From: Convolutriloba macropyga
Taxonomy: Eukaryota
Reading direction: 5' to 3'
Assembly: GCF_964194025.1 (NCBI RefSeq)
Contig: NC_134475.1
Span: 50,778,001-50,842,000, forward strand
DNA: 64,000 bases
Of the stretch, positions 12,401 through 27,911 are shown in pieces; the first letter of the stretch is position 1, and every line of letters starts with the position of its first letter. The notes under the pieces were generated by a model. It searched no databases and was not told the origin of the DNA. It saw nothing but the letters and a program-made list of their open reading frames with translations. The position numbers and the translations under genes are program-made.

Positions 12401-15400
12401 TAATAACATCTTTCTTTAAGTGAACACAGCAACTGGCAAATCCACTGAACGAATTTCAAACTATTTTCTGAGTCTTACATTTGCAATTGAGATTAAAATG
12501 ATGACAAAAATTAAAAACTGCATTTGGAAAAAAAACAGCATGACTAAAATCAAGGCTACAACATCGTTTTAGGGCAATTAATCAGCTAAAGAGCTAATTT
12601 TGCGTTAGTTTTCAAAAGAAAAGGCAATTCAATAAACAACGCTGGCAGATTGCCAGAAAATAGCCGCAATAGCTTCGTATATCAGCAGTCTAAAAAAACA
12701 GCAAAAAAGACAGACCAAAAAATAGTGTTTTCATTGAAGGCTGAGCTGTTATAATTTGATTAAGAATCTGCTTAAGTTATAGCTGCCTCTATCAGTTACT
12801 CTTAAAAAACCTTCATTTAGAGTGACACATCCACTTGACCTTATCTCTTTGAATTATAGTAAACGAAAGTCAATTTCAAAGTCAGGAAGTCATTTTTGAG
12901 AGTGAAGTAAGTCACGTAAGACCAAATATATAATCACGCAAATGAACAAAAAACTCGCTCCACTAAGAGCGGAAAATGAAGTCACGCACGCGTTTCAGTT
13001 GAAATTGCATGAACGAATGAACAAAAAGTGGTTGTGACATCCTATGGTCGTAACAAAAATCTTGACGACGAAATAAAAACATAGCATGACAAGTCCTGAA
13101 ATACAATTCTAAGAAATTCTATGACCTGAAAATCAATTACTCAGCTTTGAAAGGCAAATGAGTGCTGTTAGTAATGAGACTAAGCAACAAAACAAAACAA
13201 GAACAACAAAAACAAGCATCACTAAAAAATCATATTTTTTTTGAAAAGACAGGATCAACATCAAAAAACAACTGCTAGGAACTCAAATTGCCAAGTATAT
13301 TCATCACACTGCCAACTACATTCCTCTAATTCTCATTAGCAACCTGTCGCTAAATGTCGATGATTCCTCTCACTAATAATATTTAATGATAAGACAAAAA
13401 TAACTTAAAAAACGCAATAAAACTCGCTGAAACTTTGTGAAAACACTTAGGATAAAAGTCACAGAACGCAACAACTACTGGCGGATACAATAACATCAAT
13501 TGATTGACTCTTCAATGACCGCCTTTGAGACCTCTCATCAATCAGACTAAGTGATAAGACAGCAATAAGTACAACAAATAATAGCAAAACAAAAAAAAAT
13601 CCTTAAGATTTTTTTTAAACGAACAAGCGAATAAGTCACAAATAGCAATATTTGTGAACTAAAAAAACTTGCTTTAATTGAAGCTTTTTCAGCAACCAAT
13701 AAGACCTGTCAACAGTGACACTAAAGGTTAAGACGACAAAGTTGAAAAAAATCTAAATCTGAAAAAATTTGATAATTATTATTGGAATTAATTAGTGTCA
13801 AAGTCATAGAAAGCACTTGCTTTGATCAAAACACCAATATCTCATTCCACTTTAAAGGTATTTTGAAAAAGTAAAGCCTCAAACCTACTCGATTTTTCGC
13901 TTCAGTGAAAAAAAAGAGAAGGCTACTAATAGCCCCAACTATCGCTAGGCGGCAATTTTAAAAAATCAGGCAACATTTAGCACACAGAGTCTGACGAAGG
14001 TTTTAAATAATCAACAGCAAAAAGTGGTTCGACCCAATGGGATCTTAAAACATGACAAAAATAATGTTCCGGCGATCAATTTCAACATTTTTTTTTGTAT
14101 ATAGACTTACTTGAATACCAAGCATTGAAAAGTGACCACAACAAAATCAGCCTATTTTCACAAAACTTTAAAACCTAGATCCCTTCTCGAAAGAATTAAA
14201 CCTAGAAGACTTCTCGAAAATAATACAATTAAAATTTTCTACTCTCGATGGGCTTTCTAATGATAGTACTCATATTTTTCTGCGTCAAACGTATCAATCG
14301 ACCATGATTGCCCGGGCAAAAAACCAGTTGAGCATGTTGCGCCTCCCCCACCGAAGTGGGTCGGAACAATAAAGGAATCAAAACCGCACAAAAAACTCCA
14401 ATTGGACAGATGAATAAAATCTCCCAAATCTGCCTTACAGATAAACTCAAGCCTCCAGCAGTTTCGGCGACTAAACAATTAGAGACAAAAAGTTTTTACA
14501 GATCTGCCATCTGTGCAGCGATCTACTGCACATGGAATTTGTCAATTTAGCCCACTTCAATAGAGAAAAATTAACTCGATCAAGAAAATTAAAAGAAACA
14601 AGATAAAAATAATTTCTACAACAAACTTAGTTTGAGAGCAATTAATAAACACTCGAGTTTTTTTTACATAAACTTTAGTATTTACAAAGCATGAAAAGAT
14701 CAATTTGAGACGAATTTTCAAAGAGCGTTCAACTAAGTAACAACAAATAGGTGAGGTGTCTCAATTAAGTGAGACAGTCCGTATCTAAATGGCCTTAATG
14801 CACATGATACTAACAATTAACTCAAGAACACATTACTTCGAGTAAGAATTCGATCAATGAACTTGGTGCTTGTCAATTGTGACAGCATTAATGCTCACTC
14901 GGTTTGTTAACAAGCAGTGGGATTTAAGATCGAATATGGCACTATGCTCCGCTTGAACAAACAAAAACGTACACAAAGCGAATTAATCGTAAAAACTTAA
15001 AAGTCAACGAAGCTTAATTTTGGTCTCTAGCTTACTCTTACAATCGCGTAAAAACTTGAGTAAAGGTTAAATTACTCAGCATAAGTTGAAATCAATTAAT
15101 TAGCTCGTTAGAATTTCCAGAGAAGAATCCTAATTAAACAAAAATCAGAGCCAGAAAACGAAGCAACGATTTTCGGCAAATATTAATCACAAAAATTAAC
15201 ACAAACGCAATCGTTATTGAGCCTAAAAGAGCATTCTCTCCCACAAAAGAATCTGAAATTAGGCAGAAAAGTATCTGAAAAGTACGGGGGCATATTTGTG
15301 CTGACCTCATTAGCCCTAACTCTGAGCCAGGAAGGCTACGGAGAAGCAAATAAGTGTTATAAAAATTCGAATATCAGCCCATCAGATATTTCATCAGCTG

Positions 15401-16053
15401 GGAACATCTCGACTAAATTAAATCCTTTGGTTATGAAAGAGGCGAATAGGTTATAAATGCGTCATTCCACATGAAATAAAAGCGGGAGTTTTGATTGAAT
15501 CGATTGCTAACTGAATTGGGCCTCTTATCCTGAATAAACGTGACCATATGAACGGCTATTTTACTTTACTCATCTTCAACACAAACACATTCCCACCATT
15601 TTTCCTCCTAATAGGCAAACAGTGCTTCTTCACGCGAAGACAGACTTTATGTAGAGGGAAAGTGAGGGAATTAGGAAGAACAACAAAACTGGGGAACAAA
15701 GTCTGTTCTATCCTTTTATTGTACTTGTATCGACTGGCATTCGTTTCTTTTCTCAGCTCAGGTTTCCTCTCTCACTCATCTATCTTTTATTTGCCTTTAT
15801 TTCCCAATTCTTTTAGCTGCGTGTTGTCTTAAATTAAATGAGTGAAATAGCAACAGTAGCTGCTATTAGAAGCAGTGCTAGGAGCAGAGGAAATAAATAA
15901 GAAAAACAGGCAAGATACACAAAATATGACTACATGAGATAGGAGTTTAAAATGAATGAGGGGGAAATTAAACAACAGCAATAGTTGCAGTTGTAGTAAT
16001 AGTAGAAAAAAAAGAAAACAAAGCAGAAGCAGAAAGTTTATCATCAGTTCTAC

Positions 16054-16101
16054 CGCATCCTTAACCGCCTCAGGAAAATTGGAGAAAATTCTTGTAATCG
16101 A
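16054..16101 (-). CDS. Candidate further exon of the SEA-like proteoglycan gene (SITRIFSNFPEAVKDA)
   Basis: Acceptor tgttccttgtaatgtgcag|, phase 0 as required, and it would extend the SEA-like helix; possible donor GCG|gtagaa. Weak support. Confidence 0.25.
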
Positions 16102-16889
16102 CTGCACATTACAAGGAACACAGACACAACGCACATTTCTCTCTCCTCGACTAATGAATCTGTTTTAACTCCAAGTGAAGAGCGAAATTGCCATCAAAGC
16201 GCAAATCTATACTTGGATACCGCACATGTCTTAGCACCCGAAAAGTATATAAACGTGTGTATAAATGAGAGTACGTATGTACCTATGTAGTAGTAGTAGC
16301 CGTCTTTCAATTAATGTTGAGCATTGCTCGCTCTGTCTGCCGCCTGGAATTATCGAGTATTTCAGTTGGACAGGAAAAGACAAAGGATACCACAAGAGCC
16401 ATTGGCCAAAATCAATTCACATTCTATCCTCCCTAATAAGGTTAAATTAAATGGCAATGCAACCAAGCTACAATGCTGACCAATTATCCGAATGTTTAAG
16501 ACAGGTGTTTGTACTTGCTATTCAACAATACAAACTCCATAATCTTGCAATCCAAAACTTTTTCAAGAGCATATTTAGAAGTACAAATCCAAATTTTTTA
16601 CCTAAGTTTCGACTAACTAACGGTTTTGAGGCGCCATTCCGACTCCCAATTTTGACCTCTCAATCTATTAATTATGCCAATTGGGATATATGTGTTGAAA
16701 ACTGAGAATAACGGCGATACTGCGATCAGTTCGGATCAGATTTGATTGGTGGTTATATATTGAAATTGAACCAGTAAATAGCCAAGATTTTGAAATATTT
16801 TTGCTTAAAAAACTAAAACAAATAAGAAATTCAACTTCAAAGCAGTAGTTGAAAATTGAATTTGTTAGAAGCCTTGAAACTAAAAAAAA

Positions 16890-17370
16890 CATACCCGGCA
16901 GATTGCCGGAAAATAGCCGCCGTTGATTCAAGCATGATTGGGATTGAACGAATAGAATATATTGAAAAAAAAAGATTTTTGTACAAAAATTTTTGTTAAG
17001 TCCGATTTATTTTGATGGCATTTCGTAGTTGAACATACTTCTGTTTCTTAGAGAGAGGCTACAGGGGCTACTATCAACACCAATAAGCATTAGAAGTGGT
17101 AACTAAGACTTATAGGAACGACGTTCAAATAGCGGGCATCTAAAATTGGGCTTTATGGGTTTATCCCGTTTCTATTTCTGACTTCAATTTTTTATACTGA
17201 CTCTGTTCATTTTGAATTGCTTTGCTGAGCAACTGATGTTCAAATTCACTTTTAGCAGAATGGGAGAAGAGAGAAATTAGCCTAGAGAAGTCAAAAAGAT
17301 TTTCGGCAAAATGTCGAAAAAGCGGCAAAATGGTAAAGCGAAAAAAAGTTTGACGAAGTAAAAAAAAAAC
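16890..17370 (-). mobile_element. HINE/Helentron-like family B copy, interrupted (its other terminus may lie at 19198-19233)
   Basis: Begins catacccggcagattgccggaaaatagccgcc and is colinear with 27386-27911, but lacks the terminal atagccggctgagaagatgagggcggctatta, which occurs alone at ~19200. Confidence 0.65.
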
Positions 17371-17649
17371 ATAGCAGGACAAGTCCAGAAACACAATTCA
17401 AAGAATTGAATGAAAAACTCAGACATACTCTACCTGACCAGCAGATCAATTGAACAATTCCAGCCAGAACACAAACAAAGTCATCTAAAAATTGAGAAAT
17501 TAAAAGAATCAAAACTAAACAAAATATACTCATTGCTAAAACTCGAAGCTTATTTTCCCTTTAAAAATACATATTTCAACAATATGTTCAAAATCAAAAA
17601 CACTTTCAAAAACATATGTTCAAAAATATGTTCAAAATATGTTCTCAAA

Positions 17650-18800
17650 TCGGTCCAGTATTATTTCTACAACACCTGAAAAATTTTCATTGGCCCTGGA
17701 AGATTGATGATTAACTCGAACATGACCAAAAAATTTCAGAAAAAAAGAAGAAATCAATTGCAAATTATCAGAAAATGTTGCTGAAAATCGTAATATAAAT
17801 ATCTTCAGAATCATTTCTATGTCCCTGTAGGCTATCCAGTAACCCAATTCCAAGCTTCAAAAAACTCATTGGCTCATAGATCGATAGGCTCAATTAACTC
17901 ATTGGCTCATAGATCGATAACTCATTGGCTCAATAAATTTTAGAAAAAATTTCAAACTTCAAAAAATAGAAATTCGTTCTATTAAAATGTTGAAAGCCAT
18001 TCAATTGCCCCCTAGCAATTAATAATTATTTAATAACATACTATCAAACACTGGAGGAGGTTACCTGTCTACTGAGACAAGAAAAAATAAAAAAAATACA
18101 AATGTTTTGACAAAACTTGAAAAAAATTGCAAATTTTATCAAAAAACTTCCAAAAGTCGAAAGGTTAAATTGTTGAAAACAAATCCATTGAAACTAAAAA
18201 CCATGCAGTACCTTTTTTATCAGAGCGTGGAATAGGTTTTCTCGCACTTGAGAATGGACGAATATCAAAAACTGACAAAAACTTTAGGAAACCTTAAAAA
18301 AATGGCTATAATTCCAGACACAAAAATGTTAAAAACCATTCCTATGTTACTAGAAACTATGAAGTACCCTATTAACAAACCTGAAAGAAGATTGCCTGGT
18401 CCTTGAAGCTGGAAAAACTGAAAAAATCACAAATATTTTCAAAAATCTGAAAAAAAAATTGCTAAAACTTGTGATATTCAAAAGTTGAAACCTATTCCAT
18501 GGCAACTTAAATTTTTCAGTAACTTATCATCCAATCACTAATGATGTTTTCTGGCCCCTGCGACTCAGACAACTTGAATAATGACAATAAATGTCAAAAA
18601 AATAAGAAAAAATTGCAAGCTTGTCAAAAAATGCTAAAATTCATGATGGCAAAAAGTTGAAAACGATTCCATTACCAATAGAAACTATGCAGTAACCTAT
18701 CATCAAACCCTTTATCAAACTCTAGAAGAGGTTTCTCGGCACCTTGGGCTAAAAAACTCAAAAATGACAAAAATTTTCAAAAAACCTGAAAAAAAAATTG
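17650..18800. repeat. Degenerate ~150-165 bp tandem repeat array (related arrays at ~30850-32030 and ~32700-33570)
   Basis: Recurrent a(a/c)tatgcagtaac.tattatcaaa...ctggccc.tg motifs about 160 bp apart (near 18200, 18355, 18517, 18680), with A-tracts. Confidence 0.55.
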
Positions 18801-19725
18801 CAGAAATTAGTATCCTTTCGCAAGTTTGTGTTTGTAGTAACAAAACTTATAGCTCATAAAATGGTCATAACAAGCAATTTTGGGTCGCAAATAACCTTAA
18901 TCAACTATTAAAAACTTCAACCTAAGACTAATCAAACAAAGAAACTCGACCTAAAAATGACCGTTTAACCTTAATTGAAGGCCATCCCAGCAGCTGCACC
19001 ACTATTAGCACTTGAAGGACAACTAAAGCCCACTTTGGGCCTCTAATGAAACTTAATGCCCGCTGGGCTTTACCTGTTTATCCCGTTTTGAACGATCAAA
19101 GTCATTGAAAAATGTGTGAACACATCTTAAACAATTCAAATTCAACACAGCGCACCAAAACAATTCAAATTCTTTGAATTGTAAAAATACGCGCGCAATA
19201 ATAGCCGGCTGAGAAGATGAGGGCGGCTATTAATCAGTTTAATCCCAAAGTTGCTTTTAAACAGATTTGGGGAACAAAAGTTGTGGGAAAATTGCACTTC
19301 AAACAATTAATCTATACCTTCCCAGCCTCTAAAAGATTTATACAACGACGTAACAACTTCAGACCAACAATATCCCCCGTTTCTCAAGACGAAAAGTCAT
19401 TCGATCAGAAAAAAACAACATAGCTGCAGATTGCCAGAAAATAGTAAAAGAAACATACCAAAAAAACAGACCTTTTTAAAATGCTGAGATAATATATTTC
19501 GAATAAGAATCTGTTTTATTTAATGTTGTTTATTAGCTGCCCACAAATACCCTTCAATTAGAGTGAAACGTAAATTTTATAGTGAGGAAGTCATTTTTGA
19601 GAGGGGTAAAACACTTGTCACCAAAAACTTAATCAACCGAAAGAACAAAAAAACTCTCTTCACTAAGAGTGAAAAATGACGTCAAGCACGCAGTTCAGTT
19701 GAACTTGCATGAAAGAATGAACAAA

Positions 19726-20252
19726 CATACCCGGCAGATTGCCTGAAAATAGCCGCCGTTGATTCCTATAACTCTATTGGGATTGAAAGAAAAGAAAATA
19801 TCAACAAAAATTGATTTTTGTATAAAAACATTTTTAAGTGCGATTTATTTTGATGTCATTTCGTAATTGAACATACTCCTGTCTCTCAGTGAGAGGCTAC
19901 AGGGTCTAGTATCAATACCAATAAGCATTATAGATAGTAACTAAAACTTATGAGAACAAATTTCAAGTACCGGGCATCTAAAAATGGGCTTTATGGGTTG
20001 AATCCCGTTTCTATTTCTGACTTTGATTTTTCTAATACTGACTCTCTTCATTTTGAATTGCTTTGCTGAGCAGCTGCTGTTTAAAAAGACATTGAGCAGA
20101 ATGACAGAAGAGTGAAACTAGCTTAGAGAAGTCAAAAAGATTTCACGCAAAATGTCGAAAAAGCGGCAAAATGGGTAAAGCGAAAAAAAAGTTCGACGAA
20201 TTAAAAAAAAAGAGCGCTACACTAGCCAGCTGAGAAGATGAGGGCGGTTATT
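19726..20252 (-). mobile_element. HINE/Helentron-like family B copy
   Basis: Same termini and core as 27386-27911. Confidence 0.7.
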
Positions 20253-21091
20253 AAAAAGCAGATTTGAAGTGGTTGTGACGTCATATGGTCGTAACAAAAA
20301 TCTTGACGAAGAAATACAACAAAGATAGCAGGGCACGTCCTGAATTACAATCCAAGGAATTGAATTTACTAATGATCTGACAACGAACATTTTTACATAC
20401 ATATCGAACTAAGACAGTAAAAAATCCGTTAACCTATATTGCCAAAAACGCACAAAAAATTTGAAGATTTCTGCTTCCAGTATCCAGTGTTCTTAAAACT
20501 AAAATGACCAAATTATGAAAATTGGCTTCGCTCGTCCAAAAATTCAGTACAAATTACAATAACGGAGGCAAAAACAATATGAATAGCGAAAACCAATCTG
20601 GTAAAAACACAATACTTTTGACAGTCAGAGGCCTCAAAGCAAGCAATCCGCATAACTACAAGCCAAAAAACTTAACCAGAGCATTAAAAAACTTTAGAAT
20701 TCATCAGATATCTTATAGCAGTTCTAATGGTAGGAGTAGCGTCAATATAGCAAAAAAAAGTTGGCGAAAATTTGGAGATAATAAGTTGACTCAAAGAATG
20801 ACACATTTGAAAGCCAAGGCGGACAATTATGTGAGAAAAAGCGATCAGACCATTAAAAATAACAAACACGTGCAAGGCTCTTATGCAAGAACACAAGCAA
20901 GAGCCAACTTTTGGTTTTTCAAAACAGTTTTAGAAGATATAGTCAAAAAGTAAAAAAAAGCCACTTTCTGAAAAAACAAATTCAATAAATTTCACATTGT
21001 GTGTCTGTCATTAGCAACGAATGGCCCAGTCACCGATGAGACTAAAAAATAAGTCAACACATTCGCCAACAAAAGAAATGCAAAACACAAA

Positions 21092-21601
21092 AATACCCGG
21101 CAGATTGCCCGAAAATAGGCCGCCGTTGATTCCCATAACCAAGATTGGGATTGAAAAAAGAGAAAAAACTAATGAAAAAAAATCATTTTTGTACAAACAG
21201 TTTTAAAGTGCGAACTATTTTGATGTCATTATTGAACATACTCCTGTTTCATAATGCGACCACACGTGCTAGTATCAATACCAATCAGCATTAGAGATGG
21301 TAACTAAGAACAATGTTCGAGTAACGGGCATCTTAAATCGGGCTTTGTGGTTTTATCCCGTTTCTATTTATGATTTCGTTTTTTAAAACTGACTCTGATC
21401 TTTTTGAAATGCTTTGATGAGCAACTGCTGTCTAAAAACACTTTTGGCAGACTGAGAGGAGAGTGCAACCGGCCTAGAGAAGTCAAAACGATTTCACGCA
21501 AGTTTTGAACTAAGGTAAGGCGAAAAATTTATATTCGACGAAGTAAAACAATTAGGAGCACTATAATAGCCGGCTGCTGAGAAGCTGAGTCGGCTATTTA
21601 A
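21092..21601 (-). mobile_element. HINE/Helentron-like family B copy
   Basis: Same termini and core as 27386-27911. Confidence 0.7.
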
Positions 21602-24600
21602 AATAGATAAAATTTGAGATTAAATGATAAGACAACAAAGAACGACAAATAGTCGAAAAACTTAAAAAAATCACTGACAATTAAAGTAATGAAAACCAGT
21701 AGCTATTAGCTGAAACCATTAATCATGTTCATATAAGCATCATTAGCAATCATACCTGTCATCTGTAATACTAAGTGATAAGAAAACAGAATTTAATGAC
21801 TACAAATAGTGGCAAATTGAGAACCAGCAATAACTCTCCGTTGATGAGTTCAATCAATTGCGAAAAGGCACAACTAGAACCCATGTATCATATTAAAAGA
21901 ACAAGAGAAAAAAAAACACAGGAAACAAAAGTAAAATTAACGCACGTGAAAAAACTCTCTATCGATAACCGAAAATTTGTTCAAGCACAAACTTCACTCG
22001 ACTTTAAAGGCGGTTTGAAAAACATCACTCCTCGAGCCAATTCAATTTTTTGCTATATTTACAACTTCACCGTGACTAAAATCACCACTCTTATTTGACT
22101 TCTCACTGACATGAAAAAGCCGATGACGGAATTCCGGAAGCGACTCGAAGACGTATTTCCCAAAAGAACTGGCTTTTAAAATAGCTAATATCATGTCGCG
22201 GAACGCGTCGATACAGAGAAACTAACAATCGTAAGTCAAATATCAAAAGAATATTTAGTCTAAATTAAGATGAAAAATTAGGAGAATCCAATTTCTTTTT
22301 CAAAAAGTACGCATAAGAACAAAAACCGTTGTTTCATGCAACGGAAACTAGAAATCTCGCCAAAAAACATTAGCTAAGCCTTAATTATTTCACAGACATC
22401 GCTATTTTTGAAAACGACAAAAACGAAACAACAAATCAAGAAAATTTGTGTTACATCTCTCATCTTTTGTCAAATTTCATAGAAAAAGCCAACTTCATAC
22501 AAATATAAAATTGTATTCATTGTATCAAACACTGCCTAGAGTCATTGCGCTTTAAACCATTTACCAATAAATTCAATAAATCGTTACAATGGGACAAATT
22601 TGAAGAATTATACCAAAAAATCAGCAAAATTGTTGAAAAACCTTCAAATCAGCTTTCAATTCCCGTTATTTACAAAGATTCAAAGAGTATCAAAACAGAC
22701 TGAATATAACTACTTTAATCTTCAATAACCTGTTAGACGACAAATTTTTTTTAAAAAGTGCCTTAAAAGACGCGCGTGAACAAAAAAAATTGATCGCTTA
22801 GTACCCACACTTTTTCACACCCACATTTTTCGCTCTGTTTCAAAAGAAGGTATGAACAAAAGAAGGTATGAACAAAAGAAGGTACTCTCTTTTCTGTGCT
22901 CTTTGAATTTGATCCTAGAAAAAACCTTTTCAAACTTTATTCACTCCCTAAACTTCCGGTTCCTTTGCTCGCTCACTTATCAAAAAAAAAAACGTCTCTC
23001 CGAGTAGAAAGCCAGCTTAATAATACAATTCAAATTCTCTGAAATGTCAGAAAATAAGAGAAGGCCAATAATACCCTCAGTTATCGCTTTGAGGTTATGA
23101 AGAAACAATCCTGCGAATATATATCCAGCAGAAAACCAAAAATTATATGAAGACTCGTGCGACACACAAACTGTAGAACCAACTACAAGGAGGCTCGGTA
23201 ATGAGCGTTTGCACGTTAAGTTAATAGCTGATCACTAAAAACAATAAAAATCTTCGTTTGCCTTTTTCAAAGGCAACAAAATTTCTAAATCAAATGACGG
23301 TCATTATTGTGATACTGTGAAAAGAGAACAAAAACCGACACAAAAGGGGCAAATAGGCAAAAATCACGAAAATTGGTTTTATGAAAACTGGTTGTTCCAA
23401 GGAGAAAGCCCATTTGAGGAAAATAAAACCGTTATGAAGAGCAAATTGTATTTCAATAGATAAATGATGTGAATTGTATATAAGGATGCTTAGCTACAAT
23501 TTAACAGAAATAAAATTGGCAGATCTCAAAAATCAATTTTTTTTTATTAAAAACAAATAATTTCAAAATTCTTAGCCAACAAAAACTTTCGACTAAAAGA
23601 ATACACAGTTTGTCTTGCAACTACTCAAAAATTCATTGCGACTGTTATCAAGGAGACTAAATCATAAGACTATAAAATAACATTAAATACAAGCTGAACT
23701 ATTAATTTTCAAACAACTTTACAAAACCACAGTTTTGAAGCCCTTAAATTTATAAGATATTAACCGCGAGAATAAAAAACCGTCATTTGCGTCTCCTTTG
23801 ACCATCATAACGTCTTTTTGTAAAACGACTATCACAAAATGACAACAAAAAGAAGGACAAAATCTAAAAATTATCTAAACTTCACAAAATTCTTCTGAAA
23901 CAAATTGTCTAAGCCCTGACATCATTTAAAACGTTTAAACAACAGAAAAATTACTGTTTGATTCAACAAACCATTAAAAAGAGCTCTAAATAATGAGCCT
24001 AACAACATGTATAATGAGGCTAAAATGATACATTGTATAATACGAAAAAAACGCAAACCAGAACAAAAAGGGATAAGTTGAAGAATACTATTACTCGTTT
24101 TTTTTAAAATTCAATTCGAAAGTCAAAACAACCATTAGCTATTTACCGGTATCAGCTATTAAGTTCATTTGTTTATCTATACTTGGCCACTGAGACCTTT
24201 AATTACACAATATTTGGCATATGACAACAAAAATTAATAACAAATAAAGGGCGAAAATAAAAACTCTACCAATTTCTACAAGAGAACGGTGTCGCAGCTC
24301 TTCAAACACATGTTATGAAAACGAAAAGATTTTCAGTTTCAAATGTTGCAAGGTTTTTTTCAGTTATATAGTTAAATGTTACAATTTACGAAAAAAAAAA
24401 CAAAAACAACAGCAAACATGGGAAATTATGCACAAAAATCAGAAAATTTTGTATGAAAACTCGTAGTAGCAAAAGCAAAATAACCTTCTGTTAAAACACA
24501 AAATTAGTTTTCTAAATTAGTCTTCTATACCGAGGAGAGTTCGACCTGTACTTACTGAAAAAACAATATGTTGACTAAAATATTATAAAAAATTGACAAG

Positions 24601-27385
24601 TTCAAAAAATCACAGAAATTTCCCTAAAACAAATACATTCAATAACATAAGAGACATTAGGTAACCACCGAATGAATAGAAAAGGTCCACCTGCACCTCT
24701 TGAGGAGGAAATTTAGATCTTTGAGTGGTTAAACTTAAAATTCAGACTGCCAAAAGAATAACAATTGAAGGCAAAAGACAAAATTTCAGTTAAATTTTAC
24801 TAAAACTCTTCCTCAAAGCCATAAAAACCCTTTGGTTCTCTGAAAACAAACTATATCTACATTCGGTCTGAAAGTTACGTAAATTAGAGCGATCATTAAC
24901 GGAGCCGTGAATAAAAATGTCCGTAAGTAACATTAAAAAAACAAAAGCAAAATATTTTGAAAAAAGGCAGCATCAAAAAAAACCAAAAAGTCTCTGATTC
25001 TAAGAATACATGATATTGTCGAACCTCTCCCTGATTTTGTCGCGCGCCCAGAAAACCAACCAAGTGTTCCAAGTGTTTGCGAATTAGACCAATTGTTGCG
25101 TGGAATTCTTCAAATATTATTAAAAAGATTGATGCATTTAGTATAATTATCGAGACAAATCTGCAAAACACGGCAAAGTTTTAATCTCAGAAGACTTTCA
25201 TACGGCGCCTAATTGCAACTAGCGCTCTTTTGAGATTAGGGAGTCTGTTTTAAGGTCTCTAGGTCACTAAGTCTGGCAAACTTTAACGAAGTGGACCAAA
25301 AAAGCATATTTTGTGCCATTTTTGATGAAAAAAGTTAGAATTTTGAAAATTTCAACAAAAAATTTAGCCAAAAAAACTTCAATCAAACAATTCAGCAACG
25401 CTCTTCTATCTCTAACGGTAAAAACAACACTATGCCGTTAAAAATTTTAACTTATTTTGAACTATATTAGCGAAATTGTGCCAAATTTTAGCAAAAATTA
25501 CTGAAAATGTGAACAAAAACAGTCGAATGTTCAAACTTTAAACATCGATATCTCCCTGTAAAAAACCAAAATCGAAAAAAATCTTTTTAATTCCGTATTT
25601 TACGCTGGACGGGCTTTTCAATGATACAACTCACAATTCTCTACGATGAATATATCGATCGGCCAAATTGACTGAACAAAAAAAAACCCAGTTGAGTATA
25701 TAGTTCCTCCTCCCCACTAAAGTGGGGGTCGGAACAATAAACAAAGCATATTGAAGTAAGAAAGGGAAGCGACGAAAAACTAGTAGAATTCCTAACTTTA
25801 ATCAGAAATTTATTAAAAGCAGACAATATTTCAAATACGGGTAAGCGAGAGTCGCAGGCCAGTGCGTGGGGGAGGGGTTAGGGTTGGGCGTGGTGTAGTA
25901 CACGGGGGGTCAAGGTGGATCCGCAAGGGTCATAATGACATTTGTACATTGCGCAATACCAGCGGTTCCCAAATACAATATACACTAAAGCGTTCAATAT
26001 ACGAACAAAACTTTTTTTTTTAGATTTCTGCCACAGAAAAAGCTGCAAGATCTGTCATTTTAAATTGTAGATGCTACATTTGAGCATTTTTCTTATCCGC
26101 ACGTTTCCTCCTTCAGTTATTTCAATAAAAAGATCAGCTAAATCTGACAGCACAATTTACCTGGAGCAACCCCCCACTCAAAAGAAAACATACCGAACAC
26201 ACCAAAGACAAAGGATCTTGAATCAATCAAAAGAGCAATAATATAAGCCACACCAATCAGAATATCGCTTGCTTTGTATTTTCATCGCCCCACAAAGGAG
26301 CTTAAACTCGGCCTTTTTTCATGCTTTGCCAAAATTCATTTTTCAAAACTGCTACAAAATAATAGATTCAAAACGTTTCACCATCAGTTATTTGTCGACA
26401 GAGCAAAGTAAGATGAAGAAAATATCAATTCAGAATATCGCTTTGTTGTTCTTTTCATCGCTCCACAATAGTAGAACTTAAACTCGGCCTTTTGTCATCA
26501 TGTTATCAACGGAATTACTGCAAACAAGTTTTAAGAACACGAACACACAACAATGTCGAACTGATCAAAGACCCGAGATATTTCATTAAGAATTTCACAA
26601 GCTGTAATCAACCATATGGAAGAAAACGAAAAAATAACCAAGTTGAGATGACCACAATTTCAATTTTTCACTAGCTACGTACAATCTATCAATAGATCCT
26701 CGCTAGATGTTACTTCTTAAGTGGCCATCTATCAACCGTCGTTTGAACTTCAGGTCACAAATAGGAACTTAATTGTGGTATGAATTCGCAACTTTTCCGT
26801 TCAAATAATGTATAATTTAAAACTAATGCCAAAACTGAGTACAAAAAGTCACCCAATTATAAATGAACAAAACTTGAACTGCAGAAGTATGTTACCACCT
26901 TAGTTTTTGAAAAAATAATTTTTTCAAAAACTAAGGTAATAAAGAGATAATAAAGAGATTCTAGCCGTAACAGGAAAACTGACAACTTTTGCAACACAAT
27001 ATTTCCATGCATTGTAAAAGATGCATAAGAATTCTTTACTCGCCAGTTACATCATCTGTTAATTGGGGTATAAAAAGCTAAATTTTTAAAGAATATTTCA
27101 CAAATAAAGTTTCCATTATAGGCTGCTAATTGCCACAAACGAGGAATCAATATAAATGGTTGGCTATTTTTCAAGAAACGAATTGAGCCGTGGGAATCAA
27201 TTTTCCAAAATTGTCAGTGTTTTTGCACTCCTTTGGAACGAGAACAACGACCGCATATTATTTGCGTTCCAAACTACTTATTATCAAATAGCTACCTAAC
27301 AAAAAATGCATGGCACGTCAAATGGACATTACGATATCTGACCAGCAGGAGTTGTATAATTTTTCAAATTCTTTGTAAATAAAAA

Positions 27386-27911
27386 CATACCCGGCAGATT
27401 GCCGGAAAATAGCCGCCGTTGATTCCAATAAGCAAGATTGGGATTGAAATAACAGAAGATATTGAAAAAAAAAGATTTTTGTACAAAAACATTTTTTAAG
27501 TCCGATTTATTTTGATGGCATTTCGTAGTTGAACATACTTCTGTTTCTTCGAGAGAGGCTACAGGGGCTACAATCAAAAACAATAAGCATTAGAGATGGT
27601 AAATAAGACTTATAGGAACGACGTTCAAATAGCGGGCATCTAAAATTGGGCTTTATGGGTTTATCCCGTTTCTATTTCTGACATCCATTTTTGTACTAAC
27701 TCTGTTCATTTTGAATTGCTTTGCTGAGCAACTGATGTTCAAAATCACTTTTAGCAGAATGAGAGAAGAGAGAAACTAGCCTAGAGAAGTCAAAAAGATT
27801 TCACGAAAAGGCGGCAAAATGAGGTAAAGCGAAACATTTTTTATTCGACGAAGTAAAAAAAAAAATAGGAGCGCTATAATAGCCGGCTGAGAAGATGAGG
27901 GCGGCTATTAA
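27386..27911 (-). mobile_element. HINE/Helentron-like family B, most intact copy (~525 bp)
   Basis: Subterminal inverted repeats aatagccgcc / ggcggctatt. One end has a short internal IR (taatagccg...cggctatta); the other has the stem-loop ccggca-gat-tgccgg next to an A/T run. This is the DINE-1/HINE architecture. A degenerate copy lies at ~28500-28910. Confidence 0.7.

Noticed and set aside
15829-16050. Hydrophobic L/F-rich ORF as a membrane protein
   Set aside because: Translation of low-complexity T-rich sequence; only 16101-16054 is retained as a weak exon candidate.
20522-20953. 143-aa K/N-rich ORF
   Set aside because: Composition follows the A-rich repeat DNA; non-ATG start; no domain or splice support.
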